The notes under the pieces were generated by a model. It was given only the letters and a program-made list of their open reading frames with translations. It was not told where the DNA came from and made no database searches. Position numbers and translations under genes: made by a program. A stretch of DNA of 63,998 nt, filler included, from Basidiobolus ranarum (lineage: Eukaryota), in assembly GCA_040143965.1 (NCBI GenBank). It is 3 parts of 3 records of this genome, joined end to end, with 100 filler letters (N's around TTAATTAATTAA, not from the genome) between each part and the next. Parts side by side here need not be neighbours in the genome. Positions count along the whole stretch, not along the records: positions 22,313 to 44,521 come from JASJQH010000191.1; 2 more parts are not named here. One strand, 5' to 3'. Positions 26,783 to 40,113 of the stretch are shown here, piece by piece; within the stretch, counting starts at the first letter, position 1; each line of letters begins with the position of its first letter.

Positions 26783-27127
26783 TGTTGAAACTAGCATTAC
26801 CAAAGCACTTATGTAGTCATATAGACAGGTACTTAGTTATCTTATAGCTCACTGAGATATCACCCATTATTCTTAATCAGAATCTACTTGGAATATTTTC
26901 ACTAGCCTAGAAGTTCTCAGATATATGGATTTTAAAAATTGTACTGGAGGCACGAAGCTTTGCACACATGTTTCTGGAGCCTTGCTTAGCACAGTCTATA
27001 TGCTTGTTTGCCACATTTTGAATGAGGTATAAAGGTCAACTCTCTACCAAATAAATCTACAAGTAAAAACCACCAATTTCTCTAGTCTTCAAATTCACTT
27101 CCAACTGACTCCCAAAATACTTCAATA
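26783..27127 (+). repeat. Solo LTR, copy 2
   Basis: TGTTGAAA...TTCAATA termini flanked by TTATA/CTATA (4 of 5 match, candidate target-site duplication); homologous to 843-1190. Confidence 0.75.
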
Positions 27128-27399
27128 CTATATTGCAGGCATTAGAAGTATCTCTAGTTTGGAGTAATCAAAGCAACAAACAATAGGTTAATATTTACGC
27201 CACCTATGCAAATGAAATGAGCAATTTCAGGGTCAATTTCGAAGACTTAAAAGTTAAATCATGTCAATACCTATGTATGTCGACTTTCTGAGTTGTTGCC
27301 AAATGACCAATTAGGCTAATACAAGTCTATGCCTATGGCATATTTCTTGGTCACAAATTAGGGCCTTACTAGTTAGCTATATAATATGTTCACAAAATA

Positions 27400-28870
27400 A
27401 TAATAGCTTGTATATTAGCAAAATTATGAAATGTTTTGCAGATTTAACCACCTTTAATAGATTATTTGGTGTTCTCATTCACATTGATATAAAAGTATAT
27501 ATAAAACCAACACAAATTTTTGGTTTAGTGTGTGTCTGACTCAGTTCAGTATTAACTTCTGATTGCTTTCAAAGCCCAGTGTATTTGGCATTTAGAGAAC
27601 ACCAAACCTAGCTGCCTAGCATGCTCTAAGCACTTCGACAGTAATTTCAAGAATGTTGACACCTAGACTAAACTATATAGATATTAGGAAGTACATGAGC
27701 TAGGAAAGTACTCAAGCCAGCTTCATTCAAAATATGAATTCAGGATCACACAACAAATATGACTTGATCATGACATATTCCACTTGTCCATCCTCTTGAC
27801 CAAGCATACTTAGTACTACTATCTTCCTACTCTTAAGATACTTAGGTATTAATGCCAACTAATCTACCTACTTCTATCATAACGTGTCATACAATCATTT
27901 TTTATACATTCTGCTACTAAATAGTCATTTGTGGTTTATCATCCATACTGATCTAATTGTAATGTTTTTGCCACTTGCTAATACCTGCATTATTACTTCT
28001 TTCATAGCTTTTCTCTTATAGATCCAATAATTAAATTTCTGGGCTATTGTTAACCTAAATTGCTATGGGAAGTAGAAATAGAACATACCATATCATTCAC
28101 TTAACTATGGGTCCTAGTAACAACTATCTTCTCTATCAATACCAAGTGTTCCTGAACAAATCTTTTATACATTTACCAGTATGACTCTGTGAGCCTGGTA
28201 TTTTAGTGTTCACGATGCAGCCAGCCCACATACCTAGCTAACCATCTCCCTATCTGGATATAGCAATTCTTTGATATTGTCAAAACTCATATTAGTTGCT
28301 ATCTACTCCCATAATATCTCCTCTTTGAACAGTTCAAGATTTTGCACTCAACCGTGGTTCCTATCAAGTTTATTGCATGAACTTGCATCACTTTAATTGC
28401 CACAGCTAGAAATCCCATACCTTTTCAAGAACTACCTCCATGGAAACAAAATCAGTGCTCTCAGTGGTTGCTATTCCCACAGGTGTTCATCTTGTGACAA
28501 GCTTAATGAAGCCAGTCATAGAGTAAGGTTATCAACACTTTTAGTAAAACTCATAATCCATCAGATATTTGTAAAGTATACTGTACAGATAAATGTTCCT
28601 CTGATTTGGATTTGAATATATACACTTTCAGATTAGCTGCCGAAATAACCACTATGACTAAGTGCAAATTATTGACTGATTCATATTGCAATACAAACAT
28701 TTTCCAAGATTGGTGTTTCCTTTCCGACTCATTATCGAATCTAGCTAGAGATGATAAGCTTACTGGTAGTACACATTATGAATGTAGAAGATCAATATGA
28801 AATATTTGTCCATGTCCTACTCGGTGATAATTCTAGTCATAAGTAATCAGTGGCTATGGCATCTGCTATA
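27400..28870 (-). mobile_element. Degenerate Ty3/gypsy RT relic
   Basis: Eroded blocks corresponding to CVDYR.LN and MPFGL.NAP (ccatagcaatttaggttaacaatagcccag); AT-rich, no long ORF. Confidence 0.4.
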
Positions 28871-29329
28871 TAATTTAAGGATTTTAGGGTTAAGGCAACT
28901 CTCAGACCTAGGCTTAAGAGGACTTTGTATTGTGGTAGAAAATACTGGACGCACCTTTTAGCTTAATGGGATAGAACATTTGCTATTTTGTATTTTCTCA
29001 TCACTTTGTGACCCATTGTGCACATTCAATAGTGTACTAAGTGTGGAGATGGCAAATGCTGAAAAGATCAATAAACGGAAATTACCAGCCTGCTGTGCAA
29101 AGTATTAGGTAACTGTGAGATAGTTACTCACCCACACTACTTGTCGTAGATTCTTAGAACATCGAGCGCAATTTTTTTCGAGAGTTTAGGTTTTTGACTT
29201 TACTTAGAGTCATCATTACATAGCACATTGACCGTCCTGCGGTGGATTTTCCAATCATCTGATGTTATACATATGGGAGAGTAGCGGAAAATGACCTGGT
29301 TAATTAAGTGTATATTAGATAAGTTTAGC

Positions 29330-30150
29330 ATTAATCTGGATAGTAATATAAAACCCGCTGACCGTGTGTTGATAAACAATGCTGGGAGAATGGGTCAAGA
29401 TAGTATTCTGGGGATACCACTTAGATTACCTCGTGTCAATAGCCTCTTCTGGGTGAAGAAGACTTCTGGCTTGATTGTATATATGGGACTGATTCAGGTC
29501 GTATATCCACGATAAAGCCTAGTTCCAAGAGTCATATGAATCGGTATTGGATGGCTGTGAATATTCAACGATGGATGGGGCAAAGATCAATTTGGTATAT
29601 TTGCCATGATCCGAGTCCAAGATAAATGGATTCAATGAAGGTGGGTGATTGAAGTCTCCATCTACCCCTCCCCTATCTAAAATGATGTCAATATTCGACG
29701 CGTTTAGTATCCATTACCTAACCACTACATAGAGAATTATCTGCCGGCTATGGACGATTAGCAGAGTCACCCAACGATGCCAACGACCAACCCAATTTTC
29801 GAAATAAAATAAGAGGTTCATTAGATCCCCTTGCTCCCATATCAGGTGTAGAGATTGATCCATCTCCGATCCACGTGAAACCGGCGTTATAAATCCTATC
29901 GCGTGTGAGCTAAGTATTTCCGAAACCAATATGGTCACACTAGTAACTTGTAATTTCCAAACTGCCCGACTGCATCAATGTCCTTGGGTATTGGGAATCT
30001 GATTAGCATATCGAAAGGTTCAAGGGTGCACTTGGGGTACGCATTTGCCGGCAACACATATCACATTGGATAAATTTCCCATACTCTGATGGTCATAGCA
30101 AGCCACTGTGAACTCATTGAGCGTGGTGTGGGAACCAGATGTAACTTACC
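29330..30150 (-). pseudogene. Possible decayed membrane-bound O-acyltransferase (wax-synthase-like) fragment
   Basis: Frame-broken pieces GDFNHP..S, W.R.W-like and FFTQ in the expected order; weak. Confidence 0.22.
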
Positions 30151-30740
30151 TCCCCTGTTTATTTTTCGGCGAGCTAGTAATACATCAAGCAACAATACAT
30201 GAAGAGTGAGATGGCCAAATTCAAAGAGTTACATTCATTTAATCATATGTAAGTGAGGCTAAACACCAAATGGACTGAATACAGTACAGCAAATCAAAAT
30301 CTGAGACTCGGATTCTTAAGGGGTGTTAGGAGGTAAAATAGAAGTCCCACATATGTCAGAAAGGGAGGGGGGTGGAGGAGTCAACATACGAGATATGTGG
30401 AAGTGAATCTCAGACAAACACTAGGTTCTCTGAATCGGTTTGGGATACGAGTGGATGACAAGAGGGAGGTAATCGGAATATATCTATGTTAGAGGGGAGG
30501 GGAGTGCTTGGAATCGTAAGTGCATGTAAACAAAGTTCATTTGGTTTTGGTTGAAGAATAGATTTGATAATAATTCACAGAAAGGGATATGGGGTACGGG
30601 ATTAATGGGGTATTTTAACTACAAGGGGTTAAAGGGTGACGCCGATCAAGAAGATCGATCATAGTATGTAGAAGGGGAAAGGGAGGGCAGAGATTGTATA
30701 TGAACACATTAGTAAAGCTTATGAAAATTCGAAGAAATGT

Positions 30741-32573
30741 TCATACGCTGATGTCCATAAAATAATCAGTATCTCCAATAGAATCACGACGAAAGTCATC
30801 GATGTTGACCACTGATCCAGTGTTACGAGCATGCTCGGCAGCGAGCACATAAAGGTGGTTTTCTATAGTTACATGTTAGAATATGGAAAGCATGAGCAAT
30901 AGGTATTTCAGAAAGTATCTACCAAGAACATCTTGAGGCTCGCAAAAGACGCGACCTTGAGAATCAAAAAGGGCTACACACTCTAGAAAAAACCGGATTA
31001 CACCATAGTCGCCACCTAAGATAATAAATAATCAGCATCACTCATATATAGCGTAAGAAAGTTAAGACATACTGTTTAAAGTGTCATCTTCGTGCTCGTC
31101 ATCTCGGTCAGGACGAATGATTTCACTACGACGAGTTAAGAAATCAAAATGACGAACTACATGACCATCCGCCTCTAATTCACCCAACGTCCCGAAGATT
31201 CGTATCTTACGCTCACACATGGATTCTGTACAAACGACCATAGTGAAGTTACACGTCTTACCACCATCAAACTCCATGTTAATAACCTAGCGAAACACTG
31301 GTCAACAAGGTATACTTCTAAAGGCAATTGCACGAACCTAACATACCTGATTATCACAAGAGTCTCCTATTTCATTATCAGAGTAAGTATCATCTCTTGA
31401 ATCATAGGAGCTGGCAAGACTTTCGATTTCGTCTACAGGGCTAGTGGCTCGGTGTCCCTCGGACCAAGGTGAGGTATCCAGATACATCTGCTTTGCCAAG
31501 TAGGAGCATTCCTGCTCATGGGGGCATTGTCGGCACCGAACGGAGTTTCTAATTTGGAAATTTTTTCCTTTGTACACCTTATACAAGTTTCCAAATGAGC
31601 TAACACGCCGACATTTGGTGCCCATGAACCAGGAGATCAGGTCGATATCATGGATATTTTTCGCCATCAACGATAGCGAATTCTCGCGTTTCTTCATCCC
31701 ACTACGACTAAAAGATGGCCTAAAGTGGTAGAAGCCAATAGGCTCCATATGCTGAATACTCATGACCTCACCAATGGCACCTGAGTCGATCAACCGCTTC
31801 ATTGTTCGGTTATAAGAGCTGTGCCGTTCTGGATGGCCAACCATGAATATTACCTAAACAGTATTCAAGCATGCTGTAGTTAGCACCATAGGCTAATGAG
31901 TAAACAGTGGAGTGAACTTACGTTGTAACGAGTAGCAGCGTTCACCAAACTAAGGCACTCTTCAAGATTGAGTGGTGGTGGGTTCTCCAACATAAAATGA
32001 TATCCTTTTTCTATGAAAGCTGAAATCAATGAGTTAAGTGCTGAAGCCTCAAGAACAAAAGTAGATATGGTTAATTACCAAGTGCGGAACGATAGTGTAA
32101 GGAATCCAAGTTAGTGATGATGACAGCATCAGCAACTCGTGGCCGCATCGCAAGCTGAAATAAAAAGAACAAGTAAGTACAGCTTCAACTTAACATCATA
32201 CAGTTAGGTAGGTTACCTCTTTCCAATTAGAAAAAACATTCTCTGGTGGGATATCATGGCGCTATAAATACCGTTAGAAGAAAGTAAGGTATCCAGTTTA
32301 CAACAGTAACAATACTAACCTTGGCTAAATTAAATCGGCGAAACTCAGTTGGAGAAGCCACGGCCACTACTTTCATCAAATGTGGGTTTTTAAGGGCAAA
32401 ATTTGCATATACAGAGCCCCTACGATATTGGTGAAAAGATTCATTACTTAGTGTTAAATAATATGTGACTGTGTTTGAGCCAGTGAACCCGGACTCCCTA
32501 TTCACCTGTTTCCAGCCCCAATGATGCAGATAGTCACTGGTCGTTCAACAGAGACATGAGTAGATTGAAGCAT
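30741..32573 (-). CDS. Gfo/Idh/MocA-family NAD(P)-binding oxidoreductase-like protein, 9 exons, divergent active site
   Basis: IIGAGNRG Rossmann motif, DAVII, IGEVMSIQHMEP, HDID, RVSSFG, CDNQVINMEF, HLYVLAAEHAR; all eight introns GT-AG and in frame. Confidence 0.88.
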
Positions 32574-35229
32574 TAATGTTAAGTTTCTTGAGTGTTGTGA
32601 AAGGGAAAAAGCAAATGCGCAAGGAGGGAAGAGAGAGGGAGCAGTCTCTAAATGTAAATACGTCGGTACAATAAAACGTTCACAACCTGAAACTTTGCTC
32701 GTTTTAGTGCTCTTGTACTATGATTAGACCTAGTTGAGCAAAATTTCTTCTCCTAACAATGCCCTCTTCTCTTTTTCAATTGTGGGAAGAGGGGTGAGAG
32801 GATGTGTAGACTTTATGTTGGAGTATCAGAACTGACCAGTATAATGGTAGCTCAATGTACAGTGATGGAGACTTATATTTCTGATAAGTTTGAATTTTGT
32901 TGCACCAACGTAGTTGAGGGGTTAAGAAAATAAAGAGAAGACGAAAGGTGTGGAGATGAGGAGAGGAATCAAGAAAAGGGTGTCAAAAAGCTCGGCTTCT
33001 CCAGCTGTTACAAACAATGTATTTAAATTAGATACTGAAGGCTACACAGGCCCAAGTCCAGATTTACTTTCAGACAAAAATTTAATTTGCACTGCCGGCC
33101 ATTGCCTAGCCCCTTCAATATATTTACAATTTCCCGTTACTGATCAGTTCTGTATTCTCTCTTCACCATTTGTGTTACGGTTGAATACTAAGTAGTCTAG
33201 TGATGCGGAATACATCAGGCTTTGCCATATCCACTCCAATCCAATCCAGTCCAATCAACAATCAAGTATCGCTCACTCTACCAAAATAAAGATGGAGGGC
33301 GGAGATGCACAGGAGTAAATTATTGTCTGCCTATTGATGTTTGCAGTTAGAATACCCCAAATATGGAGTGGATGACCCAAATATGCGATAATTTTCTCGC
33401 TCAGAATCTAGCATCTGAAGCAAATAAGCGTGGCTTTAGTTGAGCTCGGGCCTCCGCAGAGCCAAATGCGTATTAATCTGAAGGTTTGGATTGGCTGCTA
33501 ACCCGTATCAATAAATTTGACCATTCTCTAAGTCGAATCTGGCACTTTACGGCTTCGTGAATCAACTCCAATGAATTGTAAACACTCAACAAAGAGGGAG
33601 TCTATCTATAGCAAGAAATCATGTAAATGGAATCTATTTGTATTTGAAATTAGAGATAATTAAATATTTGGAGCCTAACAACATCTTCGCTATAGCACGT
33701 AGCCTTATCTTTGCTAATCCTGAATGCCACAACACAAAATCTATACGGCTGTGGTCCAGCAGGTTCCACTAATTGCTCGAAAGCCCTCGACCATTCTGAC
33801 ATAAGTGCTGCTACTCTATAGTAAGCTTTGGTAATATCTTGATTTTCAATCAAGTAATGACAACTGTTGAAGAACCAAGCTTCGTATCACCAACTTTTGG
33901 TTGCCTCTATATCCTAAAAAAATCGACAGTTTGATATTTTTCTTGACCTTGGAGAGCCTGAAGAACTGGGGTAGGTATGTGTATTAATTTAAGGATTCTA
34001 TTCATACACGGTCTAGAGCTCTTAATCACTCTGGATTTGCCTAATTTCGTCAAATATCCAGGTCAACAACCGCAAGATACTAGCACACCGCACACACCAT
34101 ATGTATTTTTTATGAGAGTTAAATGGATGCTTATTTGATTGCTCTCTCAGCACCTGTTTGTAATACCTGCTGAAATTTGCAACAGGCCTAGGCCAACTAG
34201 CGTACTCAATATCTTTATATATCCCACATTGTATGTAGGAAGTAGGAACTCATTGGAGCTCTGACAAGTATAATCCATATAAATAAAACAGTGATTTATT
34301 TGAAGCCATACTTAACGGTCCAGAAAACCAGATATCAGGAATAGCTGGATATTTTGGGTAGCGTATGTTGAAACTGCCTATTAAATTAGCAACTCATTTA
34401 TTATGTGTAGGTTAGTTTTGATCCGTATTTGTTACCACATTTGCTATATCAATTATTATACTGGCCAGGGTTTTTGATTGATATAATATGACATCACGGG
34501 GCTAGTTGTTGATATGTGTAGCATGCCAGTTCGGAAATCGACGATGCACGATCTGGAGCATTTGTCGTAAAATAACCTGACGTCAAACGTGGGTAATCAT
34601 GTCATTTCCTGTATCGCAACATCTCAACTAATAAAGAATCACTGCGTCATTTACCAGACCCACTCTATCGGCCACGCAATTCAAGCAGAATGCAGAACCA
34701 CTTCTATCAGTGCCAATTGAGATGGCACTAGAATTTTAGTCTCCCAACGAGTATACAGATATCGAACACCTCTTCTATCTTACAGCACGAGAGTTTTTCT
34801 TTGGAGTATTGATATCTTCAGTGATTACGAGTTGGATTTTGGTCCTAAACTGTTACAATCCTGCTTAGATTGGATAATGGTTTCTCATTAACGTAACCAT
34901 ACCCATATATGGACAGTTTGTTGCCTCTGGTGTCCACCTCTTACCTATATTTGTAATAATTCTTAGATGAACCATTCACTAATAAAGGCCTTCGTGGATT
35001 ACATCAGATCCGTGTTAAGGATATACCAACCTTAATACCATCTATGACTAACCGAAGATCTAGATGGACCGACTGACACGTTATCACATCATTAGTTTAA
35101 GAATGGGATCTGATCCCCGTTGTATCCTTAATAGCACTAGTTATCTCAAATTCTAAGGATGGCTTAAAAGCACAGGAATCCGACCAAAACTCTAATGTTA
35201 GGATCAGCAGAAAAATCTTCCAAACTTAG

Positions 35230-36900
35230 TCGTGATGATTATAAATCATAAAAGGAAAAATGGATATCCCCATTAATCCCTCCAAGAGAGCAATCTGGAC
35301 ACTTGGCAATATAAAGCAATCAAGAATTGTGCAATCTTGATAGATCTCCTGAGTAAAGAATATGTGAACTCTCTCAGAAAGTAATATTATACACTTCGAA
35401 GTTATAATACAAGTGAGTCTAGATTCATCTTTATGTGAACAAGTGCGGTAACCACTCCATGTCTAAGATTTAGTTTTTGCTATAAGATTGATAGAATTAC
35501 TAAGCTGGTTTACTATAAAATATTGAAGCAATATACATTCCATTTTTTGTGTCTAGGTTTATGTTGAGGTAGGAATGAACCCAGCTAACTTCAAAGGCAT
35601 CAGTACTGGCCCAAGATAATGCTCGGTAATACGTTTGGAACAAAAAAATCAATATAAGATATTAGTCGAGAGTGTTCTGTTATTGATTGAACTGGTTCCA
35701 TAAAGTATTGAAATATCAAGAATGTAATTCTGAGATGGTATGATATGGGAAGATTAAGCTGTCAAAATATTAGCTGGCAATGAAGACCTTGGTTTATCCA
35801 GTTAAGTAGCATTAACGAGTGAAGAAAGTGCTACAAATATCATGATAGCCCAAGACGGATACCAGACAAGGACCCACACCAAAACCGAAACAAGCATACC
35901 ATGATAATCACGCTCAGGTTTGAACCTAGTCAAATTTATTTGAGTACTTTTATTGTTCTTCACAAAGTGATGTAGTAAGGAGGAGGTTATCGACTTAAGC
36001 GTGTAAGTTACTGCCTTATTTATGCAAGAGAACAGTCCAGAGTCAAATGGATTGCATGTGATCTCCAAGCGTACTACAAAAGTTCCTTAACTTTTGTAAA
36101 GACTATTGTACTTTGGTTGATAGAAGAATGGAGATACTATTCTATTACAATATACTGTGAATATGGTGACGCAAACACTTAAAGATATCATAATAGCGTT
36201 TGGAACACATACCTAGCTTGAACTCATTGTAGTATTAACTTGCAATTCTGAAGATGCAAGATTCAGCTCAAAATAGAAACTAGTTGGCATATTTGTCAAC
36301 TGAGTGATACTTATATGTTTCTCACTATTCTCATTTAGAGCTCGGTTGATTGGTGTAAAGTATGATACCAACAGTTTGAAAGTTCAGTATACAACCAAAA
36401 GATTCATTTACTATACTTGCTTAGCAAAGTATTCTTATCACTCAGACTACCAATTTATCAACCATTTTACCTTAACCCGACGACGTGATCTTTGAGATAC
36501 TATCATTTTATCACCTCACTACTCTGGTTCTTTTAGATAATTGAGGTTTCTTTTACAGCATACGAAAGTATTGAATATTGCTGTTTATCCCATTTGGTAA
36601 CTTGACAAGAAAATACTTTTATCTGCTATTCAAATGTAACATTTTTTGCAGCAATACTTGGTGATATATACTAGCTTATTGCAAAGTGAAGAAAAGCAAG
36701 GATAAATTTCATCAGTAGATACCTACTTCAACCAGTTTATTACTGTTGGAGAACTTTTTTTGCCCATCTACCTACCAATTCTGAGAATACAATGCTCCAA
36801 CATATGAACCTTTCGGACTGTTCTGATTGTATATAAATTCATTGATGGGTTTTCAACTGTCACAGAGTTTTGCTTTAGAGAATTGAACCATTTTGCAGTA
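35230..36900 (+). mobile_element. Degenerate Ty3/gypsy pol relic (RT, RNase H, integrase)
   Basis: Ordered eroded motifs WISP (SPWASP), GISTGP (GISTDP), LVYP, VL.Q..E.VI and FYH (T.YHPQ); no intact ORF. Confidence 0.5.
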
Positions 36901-38217
36901 CTGATTGTTGAGCAAAATGATCGTGATGAAAGAAGTATGCAAGCCATAAGATGATAGGAGGAGTACCAAGGTATGGGAAAATCTAGTGACGTTACTAAAT
37001 CATCTGAATCTATTAACCACTTAGAGAGGACCAATTGGATCTTTTGGAAATGGAGCAGATTTGTCAAAACAGACTTATAGTATTCTGGTTGATATACTAC
37101 AAAGGCTCATTACTAGAAAGGTACGGTGACTCGGATCATAATTGCTCTTCTGAATGATTAACTTGGAATAAATGCGACCATCAAGAAATGGTTCACTCTA
37201 AGAAAGGATGACTAAAAATCAGTATGAGAGCACTGCCATACTGACTGCAATATGACGATTGGAGGTGTACTAATGAGACAATCATATTGAAATGCTAAGC
37301 CACATCTATCACTAAATGGTTTTGATTATGCCATAAAGGTCGGGGATTATGAACCATTCCTTTCCATCAATGATGTTTAACATCCAACACCGGTTTAGTT
37401 GCCTAGTTTATTCCAAATCTCATCTCACTAAATCTTGGTTCTATTAATTGATATTTACTAAGTTAAAGGGGAAACTGAAACTACTTTGCACACTCCACGG
37501 CCACTACTGACTTCTAGCCAATGGGTTTGAGAATCTGAATCTTATGACCCGCTGATAAGAGTTTGTTGGTATATATTTTTCTTAAACACGACTCAGATGG
37601 TGATTCGTCAACCAGAACACGTCACTCAATAATTAGTTGAAGCAGGAGCCCAGATGACACTTTAGTGAATATACACAGAATAACGAATAGCCCCTGATCT
37701 CTACACTTGATGGAGTGGAATCAGCATACTGAAACCGCTCAAAAAAAGCATTTGGTGTCTTATAAGCTAGTAGCACATTCTGAACCAGTGTTTGATGTAT
37801 TTATCACTTTCATATGCTTTTCAATCATGGCTTATCTCAATCTGGAGTTGCTAACATAACGTAGGAAAGTAAATCTAAGCGTCCAGTTGTGATTAGCCGT
37901 TCTACAAGATATCTTGACTTATGCACACGTATACACACTCTTACAGCTGTCGCAAGGAATGAGCAATCAATGAGTGATTAGGCATTACCTCCCAGATATA
38001 GGCACCAAATGCTTGTATAGAAGTTGGATTCCAGGAGGGATTAAAATGTGGATATCAATGCACATTGAATACGTCAACGTATAGATTTGGATGATTCTTG
38101 AACATCAGTGTATGCTTTAAGCACAGATCCAGTAGGTTACGTAAAAGTGGTGTATGTGTGCAGAAAAAGTATAAATAATAGATCAGTTACTCTCGATTTC
38201 TTTATACTATAGCTACC

Positions 38218-38889
38218 ATGCCTTCTTCTCATTACGAACCCAACATTCAGGAATATCTTGACTTTGTCCTTTCTAACTCCCAGCGTGGTGACGTTAACTC
38301 GGTCCTTTCGGCAATCGATAAGTACGCTTCAACACATCCCTTCATGCACATAGGTGAAGAGAAAGGAGCAAGTATCGAAGAATTGATGAACCAGAAGCCT
38401 GTACAAGTGATGGTTGAGCTGGGTGGCTATTTAGGATATAGTGCCATTCGATTTGCTAATCAGTTGCCAACAACTGGCCACTACTACTCCTTCGAAATTA
38501 GCCCCGAGTTCGCTAAAGTGGCAGGTAAAGTTATCGAGTATGCTGGCTTATCATCCAAAGTCACTATCATCATAGGAGAGTTCAAATATACTAGCAAGAC
38601 CTTCACCGAAAAATATGGTGTTGAGAAAGTAGATTTTGTTCTCATCGATCACTGGAAAGACGCCTACCTACAAGATTTAAAAATCATTGAGAAACTTCAG
38701 TGGCTAAACATCGGTACCCTTGTAGTTGCTGATAATGTGTTATATCCAGGAGTGCCAGAATACAAGGCTTACGTCGAAGCCCAAACCGAAAGGTACACAT
38801 CGAAAATGATCCACTTTAAAGTCAGGCATGCAAGTGAGTTAGATAAAGTTTTAGATGACGCCTTACTTGTTTCCGAGTTTCGCGGTTAA
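38218..38889 (+). CDS. Catechol O-methyltransferase-like SAM-dependent methyltransferase (intronless)
   Basis: MHIGEEKG, VELGGYLGYS, DFVLIDHWKDAY, VADNVLYPG; TATAAATA box about 48 nt upstream. Confidence 0.92.
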   Translation: MPSSHYEPNIQEYLDFVLSNSQRGDVNSVLSAIDKYASTHPFMHIGEEKGASIEELMNQKPVQVMVELGGYLGYSAIRFANQLPTTGHYYSFEISPEFAKVAGKVIEYAGLSSKVTIIIGEFKYTSKTFTEKYGVEKVDFVLIDHWKDAYLQDLKIIEKLQWLNIGTLVVADNVLYPGVPEYKAYVEAQTERYTSKMIHFKVRHASELDKVLDDALLVSEFRG

Positions 38890-39160
38890 AAAAATGTATA
38901 AATCCACTTGGGTTCTTTTAATCAAATATTGAAATAAAATACATTGAACTGAAATTAGCGCTAATTGAATTGAGATGTCTTACCAATGTGACTGAACGTC
39001 ATTAGTATAGTAATTCGCATGATCAAATTTATTTCGTAATTTCGAATACTGTTGCATGTTAATTTGATAATCCATTGAATGATCATATAGATAAACCAAC
39101 AAGAGATGAGGGAAAATCGATAGTTCTCAAGTGATGCATTGGTGTGATATATGCAGATAT

Positions 39161-40113
39161 CTATTGGAAACTCCAAAGTAATGGCAAAGCGAGAACTCCA
39201 ACTAAAGCTACATTTGATGTATGGGCTTTAACTCCAAAGCTTGGGTTTCTGGTGTTAGTAGACATAGGCTTGCCTGTAACTCTCACAGTGGCCAATACTA
39301 CGGCATCTGTTCCTGACACCTTGGCCGTTGCAGTCACGACTACATCCTTAACAACATCAGAGTTTGGTAATGTTGTGACTGCTGAACCAGAAGCAGTACT
39401 GGGAATACTAAGAGTCATCGGAGGGGCTGTAATCCCATTGGAACCTGGGAGGGTAAACTGAAAGGTTCTCGGAGTTAGTTATCTTAACACAAGTTCAAAT
39501 TGAGATAATTACTAACCGTAACAACCGGTGGAATTACTACAACAGAAGAATCTACAACTTTAAATTGATGGCATTACTGTCAATAACCTCATCACCAAAA
39601 ATCATTCTCTCCTCTGCATATCAAGGGAGTGCCTGCGATTGGGTACTACTACTTAATATCAGTGCAAGTAACTTACTTTTACTAGATGTATTTCCTCCTG
39701 GTGTTTCACGACTTCCGGTTGCACTAGGATTAGTGTTTGAGTTTGAGCTAACGCTAGGGCTTGAAGGAAGAGTAGATGGAGTTTGTGTAGTAGGGGTAGC
39801 TGGGACATTAGTAGGTGAAGGTGGAGTAGTAGCAGTGCCAGGGTCAGCGGTTGGTGGTTTAGATGGCTCTGGGTTGGAGCTTGGTTGCACAGCTATCGAA
39901 CGGACAATAATATTAAGTTAGTATAATAACCAGAATGAGGTATTCTCAGTGTTTTTGCACACACCTGAATTAATAACAGATAACTCAGAGGCAATTACTT
40001 GTCCATGTACTATAATATACAAGAGTCAAAACGAGTTTCTATGTGAACAAGGTGATAGAAGTACCATAAAGAGCCGAAAGGCTGATCAAAGTTAATAGCG
40101 CATAAACCTTCAT
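39161..40113 (-). CDS. Ser/Thr/Pro-rich secreted protein, probably GPI-anchored cell-surface protein, multi-exon
   Basis: Signal peptide MKVYALLTLISLSALYVHG, PST-rich middle and hydrophobic C-terminus SNVALVGVLALPLLWSFQ; internal exon boundaries uncertain. Confidence 0.72.
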
